From NCBI RefSeq assembly GCF_964213995.1, contig NW_027590255.1:248001-312000 (forward strand): a stretch of 64,000 nt of DNA, in the 5' to 3' direction. A program made the translations under genes and the position numbers. The notes beneath the pieces were generated by a model. That model searched no databases. It was not told the origin of the DNA and saw only the letters and a program-made list of their open reading frames with translations. Positions 1 through 13,129 of the stretch are shown here, piece by piece. Positions within the stretch are counted from its first letter, which is position 1; the number at the start of each line of letters is the position of its first letter. The stretch is from Mustelus asterias. Lineage: Eukaryota.

Positions 1-633
1 CAGCATCAACAGCTGAAAAGTACAGGCTGTTTACTGCACTCACTCACAGGAGCTGAGTCTGAGTGATATGAAATAAATCACACACACACACACCAATTGT
101 ATCACTGAGGGATTTGGAAACAACCAAAGGCTCACACAGAGTAACGGAAACAAATGGAAGATTAGATAGAGAGAGAGATGTAAGTGAAAAATCCCAAATG
201 AGACACACAATTTTAAACAGCACCATAGATTTACATACATGATTAATTCCACTGACAGGAACAGCATGAAGCTGATGTTCTGCAAACAGTACCAGAGGAA
301 TTAAAGCATATGTTCCATAAACAGCAGCAGGGGATTTAAAATTACTGATGTTTGCCACACTTATATGAAATGCTCACAGATTTAGAGGCCATTGACAGGT
401 CTCGAATGATCCAACACTCACACACTTTATAAGAGTCTGCCAGATATTTCTAACTGGCACCCTCCGAAACAACACCAGACAAATTCAGATTCAGAATGGA
501 ACCAGATACTGAAACATGTGAATTGATTCCAACACTGATTGTGTGTCTTGGGCAGCCCATACCTACGGGGATATGGTGGATCATGACGGCAAATCCTACC
601 ATATACATCACCAGGCAGGTCGCTACTGCACAA

Positions 634-827
634 ATAAAAGCAAATTACTGTGGATGCTGGAATCTGAAATCAAAAGATAAAATTCTGGAAAATCTCAGCA
701 GGTCTGGCAGCATCTGTAAGATGACAAAGGTCTTCGACAAAGGGTCGTCTGGACTTGAAACGTCAGCTCTTTTCTCTCCTTACAGATGCTGCCAGACCTG
801 CTGAGATTCTCCAGCATTTTCTCTTTT
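634..827. mobile_element. Palindromic non-autonomous Penelope-type element with 16-bp TSD
   Basis: Inverted arms (TCTCAGCAGGTCTGGCAGCATCTGTAAG / CTTACAGATGCTGCCAGACCTGCTGAGA). Flanking direct repeat GGTCGCTACTGCACAA at 618-633 and 828-843. Degenerate hammerhead-like core near 731-770. Confidence 0.65.
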
Positions 828-910
828 GGTCGCTACTGCACAATGTGATTCTGCAATGGGGCAACACTTACTAAATAATCCTGATTGTGCTCAGAATTAC
901 ACTGAAAATG
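826..910 (+). mobile_element. Penelope-like GIY-YIG region remnant
   Basis: Peptide CDSAMGQHLLNNPDCAQNYT resembles the endonuclease region of vertebrate Penelope-like elements. Confidence 0.5.
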
Positions 911-1994
911 TGACCAGAAGGGCAGAGTTTCTTTTTGAAAAATGTGACCTACCCTTTAAGGCAGAGGTGAGGAGGAACCTTTTTGATGAGTTGTTTTTTT
1001 TCCTTTATCCATTCATGGGATGAGGGCATCACTGGCTCAGCCAGGATTTATTGCCCACACTTAATTGCCCTGGGGTAGGCAGTGCTGAACTGCAATCTTC
1101 AACTGCTGCTGCCAATGTCATGTAGGTACACCCACAGTGTGTTTTTTCTTTGGCGGGGTGGGGGGGGGGGATGTTGGGGAGTGGGAAGTTCCTGGACTCT
1201 GACCTACTGACACTGAAGGAACGGCGATATATTTCCAAGCCCTGATGATGAGTGGCTTGGAGGGAGATTTCCAGGTGGTGTTGTTCTGATGCATCTGCTT
1301 TTCCTTTTCCTTCTCGGCTATAGTCATGGTGGGTTTGGAAGGTTCTGTCAAATACACCTTTGTGAATTCTGGCAATGCATCTTGTAGATGGTGTGCACTG
1401 CTGACCCTGTCTGTCAATGGTAACATAAGCCTTATTGTGACTAATAAATACACTTTAACTTTTGGTGGAGGGAGTGACTCTTTGTGGTTGGGAAACGAAT
1501 TAATTCAGATATTTTGTACTGGATAGTGTCAAACTTCTAGTGTTGTTGGAGCTGCATTCACCCAGGCAAGTTACATCTGGAAACTGGGTACTCAGGCTTC
1601 CTTCCACAGTCCAAAGATGTGCAAGTTGGGTGGATTGGTCATTCTAGATTGCCCTTTGTGTGGTAAAAAGTGAAGGTTAGGTAGATTAGCGGGGTGGGTG
1701 CGTGGGGCTCTGGCTATAGGACATGGATGGGATGCTCTGTTGGAGAGTCAGTGCAGTTTCAATGGGCCAAATAGTCTCCTTCAGCACTGGAGGGATTCTG
1801 TGATTTAAAGGTCATTTGACTGTCAGAACTGTGAAAGCTGTTTGTAGCATTTGCAGCAGTGAGCTTGTTGCAGATCAAATGGTTGATTGCAAGCGAGAGT
1901 TGATGAAAATAACTGTTTCCTGCAAAGAAATAGAAGAGACACTTGTGGGGTACTGCAAAATGTTTTTCTTTCAAACTGCTCCTGAAAACGTGAA

Positions 1995-2084
1995 TAGTAG
2001 AGAATGGTTTCGAACCATCGACCTCTGGGTTGTGGGCCCTTCCACAACCCAGAGTTTCCCACGCTTCCGCTGCGCCACTCTGCT
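1995..2084 (-). pseudogene. tRNA-iMet pseudogene with inverted-duplication insertion in the anticodon arm
   Basis: Reverse complement AGCAGAGTGGCGCAGCGGAAGCGTG-[GGAAACTCTGGGTTGTGGAA]-GGGCCCACAACCCAGAGGTCGATGGTTCGAAACCATTCTCTACTA matches vertebrate initiator tRNA. Anticodon reads CAC; a T4 run follows. Confidence 0.85.
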
Positions 2085-3767
2085 ATAAGCTAACAGTTTC
2101 CTGCTTATTATTGCTGAGCTGTCGTAGGACAAAATGTCACTGTTGCATTGCTGTTTAATGTCAGAAAATGTGCTCGGCAGCTCCGCCTGGCGGCACAATT
2201 CCATGCTTAACATACCAAGAATGGAACACACAGAAAAGCAGCAAGAGACTGACAGGAGGCACAGGCAAAGGAGAATGGACCGACTGATCATTTGTGTAAA
2301 GTGTTCATGAAAAGATCAGCCATGATCTTATTGAATGGCGGTGCAGGCTCGAGGTGACAAAAGGCCGACTGATGCTCCACGCTTTTATAATCTCATATTC
2401 TTCTTTGGATCCAATACTATTAATTTATTTTGTTATCCATGATTGGGCCACTTTCCAGTTATGTTTACGTGCCAGAAAGGAATGTATAACTCTTCCATTA
2501 CATACAACTATGCCTTAAATATTAGCCATTGCCTATCGACTGTTATGCCATTTTATGAATCTATTAATCCGTAATCTATTTTAGCAAACTCACCTCTCAT
2601 AACTTCCTAGTTTACGTTATTTAGGTTTAGGATTCTCGTTCAGGATTGGATCTGAGTCATGCTTCTGGACTGATGGGAGATGTTCCACAAAGCAGTCACT
2701 CAATCTACCAATGCAGAGCACATCATTAGCAGTGAAATTTTAGAAAAAATATAATGTTGCAAAAGCTAATTCTCCTGCATGTAGACACTGAACTGTGAGG
2801 AAAGGTAATTCGGCCTTCCATTCAGGAACTTCTGGTATTTCTTCCCTTTCCTCAACCAATCTTCTCACCGTTCTGTGGCAGGCAGGGTTCTCAAGTGTGT
2901 CGCTCCCATGTCCCACACTTGGAACATTTCCAATCAGTTCACAATGATGATTGAATTTCTGAGAAGAGTTTCTAGTCACCTGTCATTTTCATTCTGCATC
3001 TCTCTCACACGGATTATTCTGTCCTGGGTCTTTCCTGGTGTTCAGAGCACCTCTCCTCCATTCAGATTTTTCTTACTTTATGTATCTGGTGATTATCCCT
3101 TTCACTGTGTAACTAATTCTTATTATTTAATGCATGTGTGCATGTCACAGATATTCCATTTCGTTCTTTTTCACATGAGCCCCTCTCCTCTCCATTTGCC
3201 TGTAATGTATTACATTTCTAACTTCAAACAGTTCTGATGGGCAGATGTTGATCTGAAATATTTGCTATTAACTGTTTGTCTCTGCAGCAGCTCACTTGTT
3301 ATGTAATTACAGATCTTCGAAATTAAATTCATACTTCCTGCATTCATACCATTTGAAGTCAGTATTAAGCTTGAGAGGAGTTTTCAGAGAGGTGATTGAA
3401 ATCATGATCGGTTTCAATAGAGTAAATGGAAATAAAATGTTTCTGTGAAACAATGGCACGGGTTCGTTGTGAATGATATAAAAGAACAAAGAAAACCGTC
3501 AGGGAACACATTTGTCATTACATTGGGCAGCAAGTTGCTGTGATCTTGAATATGATGCCTGTAATCGAAGCCAATTAGAATGAAAAGTAAATTCAAAATG
3601 TCATTGGATAAATAAGGATAGGAATACATTTTGAGGCTGTACTTTAGATAAGAGGAAGTATTACACTAAAGGGAGAGGAAATCTCTTTCAGAATGCTGAT
3701 GGGTTTAAATTTAATTCCTTGTGCTGTTTTATTCAATGTAATGGTGGCCTGTGTAACTAACCCAGGA

Positions 3768-3945
3768 AGAGTTTAATTAAAACCAGGTTAGAGTCCAACA
3801 GGTTTATGTGGCAGCAAATACCATTAGCTTTCAGCGCTCCGAAAGCTAATGGCATTTGCTACCAAATAAACCTGTTGGACTTTAACCTGGTGTTGTTAAA
3901 ACTCTTACTGTATTTAACCCAGTCCAACGCCGGCATTCCACATCA
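3768..3945. mobile_element. Short Penelope-like element end with 5' inversion
   Basis: Contains CCAAATAAACCTGTTGGACTTTAACCTGGTG and its inverted copy. TSD TAACTAACCCAGGA at 3754-3767 and 3946-3959. Same family as 54355-55483. Confidence 0.8.
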
Positions 3946-3959
3946 TAACTAACCCAGGA

Positions 3960-4232
3960 TACAGCGCGCGGGTGAATACGGTCCATCTCATTCAGAATGG
4001 TCCGCACGGCGCAGCTGCCGTTCGGCCGTGTCCTTGGATACCGCCTATATGCGTGGAGCATGCGCGGTGCGGTTCCCGGAAGTGCAGCGGGGTCGCGCGC
4101 AGCCGCAGTAATACCGAGCCGGAGGTCGGAGCAGAGGCGCCGGGTCCGGCGGCCGTGCGGCGAGGGAGCGGCACCATGAAGCGGATGGTGCAGCGAGGCC
4201 ATCCTCACAGCCCCATATGGAACAGTGTGAGT
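3960..4232 (+). promoter_or_regulatory. CpG-island promoter and probable first exon (copy A)
   Basis: CpG-dense. ETS/GABP-like CCGGAAGTG, NRF1-like GCATGCGC, GGCACCATG at 4176, splice-donor GTGAGT at 4227-4232. Inverted paralog at 42098-42330. Confidence 0.6.
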
Positions 4233-4599
4233 GAGAGGAAACCGAGAGCAGTGGTTAATGGTTGTTTCTCAGACTGGAGGAAGGTTTCCAGTGGAGTTCC
4301 CAGGGCTCGGTGTTAGGAGCCCTGCTCTTCCTGATATATATTAATGACACACACCTTGGTGTACAGGACACAAGCTCAACATTTCCACACGCCACCAAAC
4401 TTGGAGGCATTGGCAACTGTGAGGGGGAAAGTGGGAAACTTCAAAAGGACACAGGCAGCTTGGTGGAATGGGAGAGAAGTGGCAGTGGGGAAAGTTCCAG
4501 CACCGATTGCCCCGCGGGTGCCCCTGGGGAGCGTGCCCACTCTCAGTGCCTGGGCAAGTCAGTGTGTTGGATAGAGCGCTTTCTGGGGTGCAGAGAATT

Positions 4600-4955
4600 G
4601 TTTTCATTCATGTGATGTGTTCATCACTGGCTTGGCCAGCATTTATTGCACTAATTTCCCTTGAACTGAGTGGCTTGTTAGGCCATGTCAGAGGGCATTA
4701 AAGAGTCAAAAACATACTGTGGGTCTGGAGTCACAGGGAGGCCAGAACAGGTAATGTGGGTGGGTTCCTTTCCTATAGGGGTATCAGTGAACCAAATGGG
4801 TTTTTACAACACGGCCATCATTAGACCTTTAATTCCAGATTTTAATTGAGCTCAAATTGCACACTGTGCTGAGGTGATAATCAGGTCCCATTGAATTGCA
4901 CTGGACCTCTGGGTCACTAGTCCAGTGACAATACCACTACGCCATTACCTCCTCA
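4600..4955 (-). mobile_element. tRNA-derived SINE (second family)
   Basis: Similar to copies at ~39860-40205 and ~47427-47760 (tRNA-like head GTAGTGGTATTGTCACTGGAC). Confidence 0.6.
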
Positions 4956-6882
4956 CGTGGGAACTGTGGCCGCCACGAGCAGATATCAGCAAGTAGTTTA
5001 TTGTAGGCTGATTGTCTGTGAGCTGAAACATGAACTCTGTTTCTCTCTTCACAGATGCTGCCTGACCTGTTGTGTATTCCAGAATTTTCACCTTGTTTCA
5101 GATGTCCAGCGTCCACATGATTTCACCTGTGAATTATTGCAGCTGTTGCTCAGAAAACTGAGGCCTGAAATAGACAAATTAAGAGCGATTTTGAATCAAG
5201 CTGGATGTTGGTTTTGGAATTCGGCCCCTTAGTTTCTGTGAAGGTATGTTTTTGTTTGGGTGACTTTGGTATGTAGAAGCAGGAGAAAGTGATGGGTTTA
5301 ATTCTGAGTAAATTTGAGAGCAGAAGGGTCAAAACACTTCTGATCAAAGATCATTAACTGTGTCTTGTACAGTTAAAGAAACATTGCACACTCACATACA
5401 ATAAGTGTTGGACAGAGAATCAATTCCACATTGATATGCAGTATCAGACTGAGTTAATTCCACACTGAAAACTGTAACAGAGACTGAGAAAAAGAGTTAG
5501 TCCCACACACACACTACCAGAACATAAGAAAAAGGAGCGGGAGAAGGCCATTCAGCCCATCAGGCCTGTTCTGCCATTCAGAAAGATCATGGCTGATCTG
5601 ATTGTGGCCTCCACTCCACTTCAGTGCCTGTCCCCATAACCCTTGATTCTCTTGTAGCTCAAAAATCTGTCTAACTCAAGATTGAATCTATTCAATGACA
5701 AAAATTAAGGTTCCCTTAAAATAAGTAATTCCTCCTAATCTCCATCTTAAATTGGAGATGCTTTATCTTTAAACTGTGCCTCTAGTTCCAGTTTCCCCCT
5801 ACACATTGCAACATCCCACTCAGCATCTACACTGTCAAGCCCTTGAGAATCTTATATGTTTTAGTACGATCCTCGCTCATTCTTCTCCACTGAAAATTGG
5901 CCAGACTTGTTTAATTTTTCCTCATAAGAGAACTCCTTCATCTCAGGAATCAGCCTCCACTCGCTGCAGTTTGCTAAGCTGACAGTGACCCACTTCCATA
6001 CACTAACAGACACTGACACAGACATTATTATCAATTGATTGAGTCAATTCCACATCTACACACAGTAATAGAGATTGACAGAGTGTTAATGCCACACTGC
6101 AGTAAAGGATAAAGAATAGAGAAGAGTTAATGCCAGCTTCATGTGCAAATCAGAGACGAACAGTGTTAATGCCCTATTCACATACAGTAATGCAGAATAA
6201 CAGATAGAGAATTAATTCTATATTCACATACGTGAACAAAGATGGACAGAAAGGTAATGGCTAAATTCAGCACAGTCCCAGATGATCATAGGCTGCTCTC
6301 TCCTTTCATGAATATCCTCAGCTGGTACAGGAATATGAAGTCACGCTGTTGGGGTTACTCTGCATCACGGTCCCGCTGTCCAGCCAACTGAGCAAATCAA
6401 CCCCCAGGGTAGGACAGAGAACAAAGAAAATTACAGCACAGGAACAGGCCCTTCGGCCCTCCAAGCCTGCACCAACCATGCTGCCTGATTTAAGTAAAAC
6501 CCCCTACGCTTCTGGGAACCATATCCCTCCATTCCCATCTCATTCATGTACTTGTCAAGATGCCCCAAGAGAGGTAATTGCAAACTGAAACACAGGAACT
6601 GAGACTGGCGAATCAATTTAATTCCACACTCACTTGCACGAATACAGGCTGACACATCAGAGAATTAATCCATCCTCAAATAAACTGACAGGAAGAAATT
6701 CACTGTCGTTCCACCCTGAGATACAGTAACAGAGACTGACAGAGTGAATCGTGCTCTCATGTACAGATTGACAGATAGCGGGAATGAGTTAACTCCACAT
6801 TCTCATACAGTAACAGAGATGGACAGATAGAGTGTGAATTCCACACTCTAATGGTTCTCACTTGAAGAATTCTTCTGATATG

Positions 6883-8095
6883 CATAGAGTCATAGAGGTT
6901 TACAACATGGAAACAGGCCCTTCGGCCAAACTTATCCATGCCGCCCTTTTTTTAAAAAACAAAGTCAAGGTAATCCTAATTGCCCGCATTTGGCCCATAT
7001 CCCTCTATACCCATTGTACCCATGTAACTATCTAAATGCTTTTTAAAAGACAAAATTGTACCCGCCTCTACTACTACCTCTGGCAGCTTGTTCCAGACAC
7101 TCACCATCCTCTGTGTGAAAAAATTGCCCCTCTGGACACTTTTGTATCTCTCCCCTCTAGTTTTGGACTCCCCTACCTTTGGGAAAAGATATAGACTATC
7201 CAGCTGATCTGGGCACCTCATTATTTTATAGACCTCTATAAGATCACCACCTACGCTCCAGAAGAAAAAGTCCCAGTTTATCCAGCCTCTCCTTATAACT
7301 CAATCCATCAAGTCCCGGTAGCATCCTAGTAAATATTTTCTACCCTCTTTCTAGTTTAATAATATCCTTTCTAAAATAGGGTGACCAGAATTGCACACAG
7401 TATTCCAAGTGTGGCTTTACCAATGTTTTGTTCAACAAGACATTCCAAGTCCTGTATTCAGTGTTCTGACCAATGAAACCAAGCATGCCGAATGCCTTCT
7501 TCACCACTCTGTCCACCTGTGACTCCACTTTCAAGGAGCTATGAACATGTACCCCAAGATCTCTTTGTTCTGTAACTTTCCCCAATGCCCTACTATTAAC
7601 TGAGTCAGTCCTGCCCTGGTTCAATCTACCAAAATGCATCACCTCGCAGTTAAACTCCATCTGCCATTCGTCAGCCCACTGGCCCAATTGATCAAGATCC
7701 CCTTGCAATTGGGGATCACTTTCTTCACTGTCCACTCTGCCACCAATCGTAGTGTCATCTGCGAACGTACTAACCATTCCTCATATATTCTCATCAAATC
7801 ATGAATATAAATGACAAATAACAGTGGACCTAGCACAGATCCCTGAGGCACATCGCTGGTCACAGGCCTCCAGTTTGAAAAACAACTCTCTACAACCTCC
7901 ATCTGGCTTCTGTCAAGAAGTCAATTTTGTATCCAATTAGATACCTCACCCTGGATCCCGTGAGATTTAACCTTATGCAACAACCTACCATGCGGTACCT
8001 TGTCAAAGGCCTTGCTAAAGTCCATGTAGACAACATCAACTGCACTGCCTTCATCTACCTTCTTGGTTACCCCTTCAACAAACTCAATCAAATGG
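6883..8095 (-). mobile_element. CR1-type LINE 3' fragment
   Basis: ORF pieces [40 protein letters not shown]; tail in CTATG repeats. Confidence 0.9.
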
Positions 8096-8684
8096 CCTCT
8101 TCATTGTTTCATTATACTTTCTATCTTCCTCATCCTCCAAGGAGCCCTGGCTTTGGTTCCCCTCCCTTTCACCCTGATTAGAATGTACCGAGTCTGTACC
8201 TGAAACATCTCCTGAAAGATCACCCATTGTTCTGTGACAGCTTTTCCTGTCAGATTTTGGCTCCAGTTTACTCTGGCTCAATCCCAGCTCCTCCCATTGA
8301 GGTTAGTCCTCTTCCCATTCAGAAGTGCTACTTTAGATTGTTCCTCGCTAATATCAAGCTTGTGATACAATGATCACTGTTACTCAAGTGACCACCTCCA
8401 GACACTTGGATCATGTGGTCAACCTTCCTGTCAGTCTGTGTGAGAATGGAATTAATTCTGTATCAACAATGCATGATCTGCCTGTAGATTTGCTGCTCTA
8501 TTTCCTTCTCACCACACCTACCTTTTACCCTTCTCTCTTTTCTGTTCACATTGTATTGAATAGTAATCGCCCGGTTCTCTCCATTTCCAGACCGCATTTT
8601 CAACATTGACACTCTCTTGTGTTCCTATGTGGCTATTTGTGCTTCTAACTCACCAACCTTATTCACCACACTGTCCACTATGTT

Positions 8685-9920
8685 ACCAAGATTGCTGGCA
8701 TAGTGGACAGTGAAGAAGGTTATCTAGGATTGCAACAGGATTGTGATCAATTGGGCCAGTGGGCTGACGAATGGCAGATGTAGTTTAATTTCGACAAATG
8801 CAAGGTGATGCATTTTGGTAGATCGAACCAGGGCAGGACTTAGTCAGTTAATAGTAGGGAGTTGGGGAGCGTTATAGAACAAAGAGATCTCGGGGTACAG
8901 GTTCATAGCTCCTTGAAAGTGAAGACACAGGTGGACAGAATGGTGAAGAAGACATTCAGCATGCTTCGTTTCACTGGTCAGAATATTGAATACAGGAGTT
9001 GGGACGTCTTGTTGAAGTTGTACAAGACATTGGGTATTAGAAATTGTACAAGACATTGGGACGTCTTGTCGAAGTTGTACAAGAGGTTAAGGGTGAAAGG
9101 AGAAAAGTTTAAAGGGAATATTAGGGGGGGCTTCTTCACGCAGAGAGTGGTGGGAGTGTGGAATGAGCTGCCGGATAAAGTGGTAAATGCTTTTAACATT
9201 TCAGAAAAACTTGGACGGGTTCATGGATGAGAGGGGTGTGGAGGGAAATGGTCCAAGTGCAGGTCAGTGGGACGAGGCAAAAAATGGTTCGGCACAGCCA
9301 AGAAGGGCCAAAAGGCCTCTTTCTGAGCTGTAATTTTCTATGGTTCTATGGTTCTATTGATCAGGCCACACTTGGAATACTGTGTACAGTTCTGGTCACA
9401 TTATAGAAAGGATATTATTAAATAAGAAACAGTGCAGAAAAGATTTATAGGATGCTACCGGGACTTGATGGTTTGAATTATAAGGAGAGGCTGGATAAAC
9501 TGGGACGTTTTTCTCTGAAGCGTACAAGGCTGAGGGGTGATGTTATAGAGTGTTATAAAATAATGAGGAGCATCGAGCAGCTAGATAGTCGATATCTTTT
9601 CCCAAAGGTAGGGGAGTCTAAAACGAGAGGGCATAGGTTTAAGGTGAGAGGGGAGAGATATAAAAGAGTCCAGAGGGGCAATTTTTTCACCCAGAGGGTG
9701 ATAAGTGTCTGGAACAAGCTGCCACAGTAGTAGTAGAGGTGGGTACAATTTTGTCTGTTAAGAAGTGTTTAGACAGTTACATGGGTAACATAGGTATAGA
9801 GGGATATGGGCCAAATGCAGGCAATTGGGACTAGATTAGGGGGTTAAAAAACGGGGTGGTATGGACCAGTTGGGCCAAAGGGCCTGTTTCCATGCTGTAA
9901 ACCTCTGACTCGATGACACT
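8685..9920 (+). mobile_element. CR1 LINE fragments (nested)
   Basis: RT C-terminal peptides (QRDLGVQVH, FFTQRVVGVWN). A second CR1 3' end is inserted at ~9050-9356. Confidence 0.85.
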
Positions 9921-9999
9921 TTGTGTGATTACACACATGCTTTCCAAACCTATCCTTGTATTCCACTGCGATTCCTTCTTCATCTACTCCTACCTTATA

Positions 10000-11960
10000 T
10001 GATTTGATTTATTATGTTCACGTGTATGAGTATACAGTGAAAATTACTGTTCTTGCGCGCTATATAGACAAAGCATACCTTTCATAGAGAAGTAAAGGAG
10101 AGAGTGCAGAATGTAGTCATAGCTAGGGTGTAGAGAAAGATCAACTTAATGCAAGGTAGGTCCATTCAAAAGTCTGGCAGCAGCAGGGAAGAAACTGTTC
10201 TTGAGTCGGTTGGTACGTGACCTCAGACTTTTCTATCTTTTTCCCAACGGAAGAAGGTGGAAAAAATAATGTCTGGGGTGAGTGGGGTCCTGAATTCTGC
10301 TGGCTGGCAGCAGGAAGTGTAGACAGAGTCAATGGATGGGAGGCTGGTTTGCGTGATGGATTGGGCTACATTCACAACATTTTGTAGTTTCTTGCAGTCT
10401 TGGGCAGAGCAGGAGCCAAACCAAGTTGTGATACAACCAGAAATAATGCTTTCTATGGTGCATCTCTAACAGTTGGTGAGAGTCGTAGCTGATGTGCTAA
10501 ATTTCTTTAGTCTTCTGAGAAAGTATAGACGTTGGTGGTGCTTTCTTAACTATAGTGTCGGCATGAGGGGGACCAGGACAGGTTGTTGGTGATCTGGACA
10601 CCTAAAAACATGAAGCTCTTGACCATTTCTACTTCGTCCCCGCTAATGTAGACAGGGACATGTTCTCTCTTATGCTTCCTGAAGTAGATGACAATCTCCT
10701 TCATTTTGTTGACATTGGGGGACAGATTATTGTCGCCGCACCAGTTCACCAGATTCTCTATCTCGTTCCTGAACTCTCTCATCATTGATTGCGATCCGGC
10801 CCACTGCGGTGGTGCCGTCAGCAAACTTGAAAATCGAATTGGAGGGGAATTTGGCCACACAGTCACAGGTGTATCAGGAGTATAGTAGGGGGCTGAGAAC
10901 ACAGCCTTGTGGGGCACCAGTGTTGGGGATGATCGTGAAGGAGGTGTTGTTGCTTATCCTTTCTGATTGTGGTCTGTGGGTTAGGAAGTTCAGTATCCAG
11001 TCGCAGAGAGAGGAGCCGAGGTCCAGGCCACGGGGCTTGGAGATGAGTTTTGCAGGAATATTGCTGTTGAAGGCTGAGCTGTAGTCAATAAATAGAAGTC
11101 TGCTGTAAGTGTCTTTGTTATCAAGGTGTTCCAGGGCTGAGTGCAGGGGCAGGGAGATGGCGTCTGCTGTGTCCTGTTGCGCTGGTCGGCGAACTGTAGT
11201 GCATCCAGATAGTCTGGGAGGCTGGAATTGATTTGTGCCATGATCTTTCAATGCAATTCTTAATGATGGATGTCTGAGCCACTGGATAATGGTCATTGAG
11301 GCACGCTGCTTAGCTTTTCTTTGGTACTGGGATGATGGTCGTCGTCTTGAAACAGGTAGGGACCTGAGATTGTTGTAACAAGAGGTTGAAGATGTCTGCG
11401 AATGCGCCCGCCAGCTGATCCATGCAGGATCTGAGTGCTTGTCCGGGTACCCCATCCGAGGCAGTCACTTTCCTTGGGTTGACCTCTGAGAAAGCTGCTC
11501 TGACATTTGCAAGGGCGGCACGGTAGCACAGTGGTTAGCACTGCTGCTTCACAGCTCCAGGGTCCCGGGTTCGATTCCCGGCTCGGGTCACTGTCTGTGT
11601 GGAGTTTGCACATTCTCCTCGTGTCTGCGTGGGTTTCCTCCGGGTGCTCCGGTTTCCTCCCACAGTCCAAAGATGTGCGGGTTAGGTTGATTGGCCAGGT
11701 TAAAACTTGCCCCTTAGAGTCCTGGGATGTGTAGGTTAGAGGGAATAGTGGGTAAATATGTGGGGTGGGATTGTGGTCGGTGCAGACTTGATGGGCCGCA
11801 TGGCCTCCTTCTGCACTGTAGGGTTTCTATGATTCTATGATTCAATGGTGACCTCAGATACAGATTCATCTCAGGCTTCCAGGGTGGAGCGCGTGCTCTC
11901 GCTGAACTCTTGCTCAGAGCGGGCACAGAATGCATTGAGCTCATCAGGGAGGCGTGCGTT
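10000..11960 (-). mobile_element. Rex1/Babar-type LINE, degenerate, interrupted by a SINE
   Basis: [42 protein letters not shown]; (AAATC)n-type tail. Confidence 0.85.
11513..11843 (+). mobile_element. HE1-like V-SINE, full length
   Basis: tRNA head (TAGCACAGTGG / GGTTCGATTCC), V-domain TGTGGAGTTTGCACATTCTCC...GGGTTTCCTCCGGGTGCTCCGGTTTCCTCCCACAG, CR1-derived tail (TTCTATGA)n. Confidence 0.9.
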
Positions 11961-13129
11961 GGAGCCGTTGATTTTTGTTCTTTCTCTAGATATTCCTCTT
12001 TTCCACTTCTATATAATGGTGCCCATCCCCCTGCCAGTTTAGTTCAAACCCTCCTTGTCCACATGAGTGACCCTCTCCATGAGGACACAGGCATTGAGTA
12101 CAGAATCATGCAAGTTATGCTGAGCCTTTAGAAAACTCTGATTGGATCACAGCTGAAGCATTGAGTCCAGTTCTGCTCAGCACACGTGAGGAAACATGAG
12201 ATGGTGGTTCAGCGGGTGCAGAGGAGATTGACCAGAATGGTTTCAGCAATGAGGGGTTTTAGCCACAAAGTTGGGTTGCAGAAGCTGGGGTTGATCTTTT
12301 TGGAGCAAAGCAGATTGAGAGAGAGATCTGATCGAGGTGGATAGGATTATGGCTGGTGTGGTTCAGGTAGACAAAGAAAAGCTAATCCCAATCACTGATA
12401 GTTTAAGGACGAGGGGGCACAAGTTGAAGGTTTTGGAAGACATACTGGGGGGATGTGTGGAAGAACTTCTCATGCAGCGAGTGACAACCTGGAAGTTGCT
12501 GTCTCTGAGGTTGGAAGCCGAGATGATGAATTATTTCAAAGAGGAATTTGGAGGGACATTTGAAGGGAATAAACTTGTCGGCTATGGGGATAGAGCAGGA
12601 GAATGGGACTGACTGGATTGCTCCATGGAGAACCAGCATGGACTGGATGTGGCGAATGGCCTCCTTCCATACGGTAATGACTCTAATTCCAGTCTCCCCT
12701 GGTTTGCTGTGATTGGACAGTGAAGATTGGAAGCAGAGGCAGACAGTCAGGATGTGGGGAGTTAGACAAAGAGCAGCTCTTGCAGGCACCAGGTGAGAAC
12801 GAGGATGGACACATTTTAAACAGAGACTGTTTGGTTTTGATTACGATCTGGTTAATCACACGGGAGCAATGAATGGAAATATGAACGTTACAAATGTCCC
12901 TGCTCCATCCGGTTATCCCATTCATGGAGCAGTGCAGGGTTTCAGTTCTATCTGAATGTCATTGAATTGTCATAGCGCCTACCGCCACTGATCATGCATC
13001 TCGTACACAGACACTGAGGCCTGCAGTCACACATTGACAATGTTTGTATCACTGGGGTTCCTTTGTGGATGTTCATTATGATTATATACTGAGATTTATA
13101 AATTACTAAAACTGCTCTTTTAAATTTAT

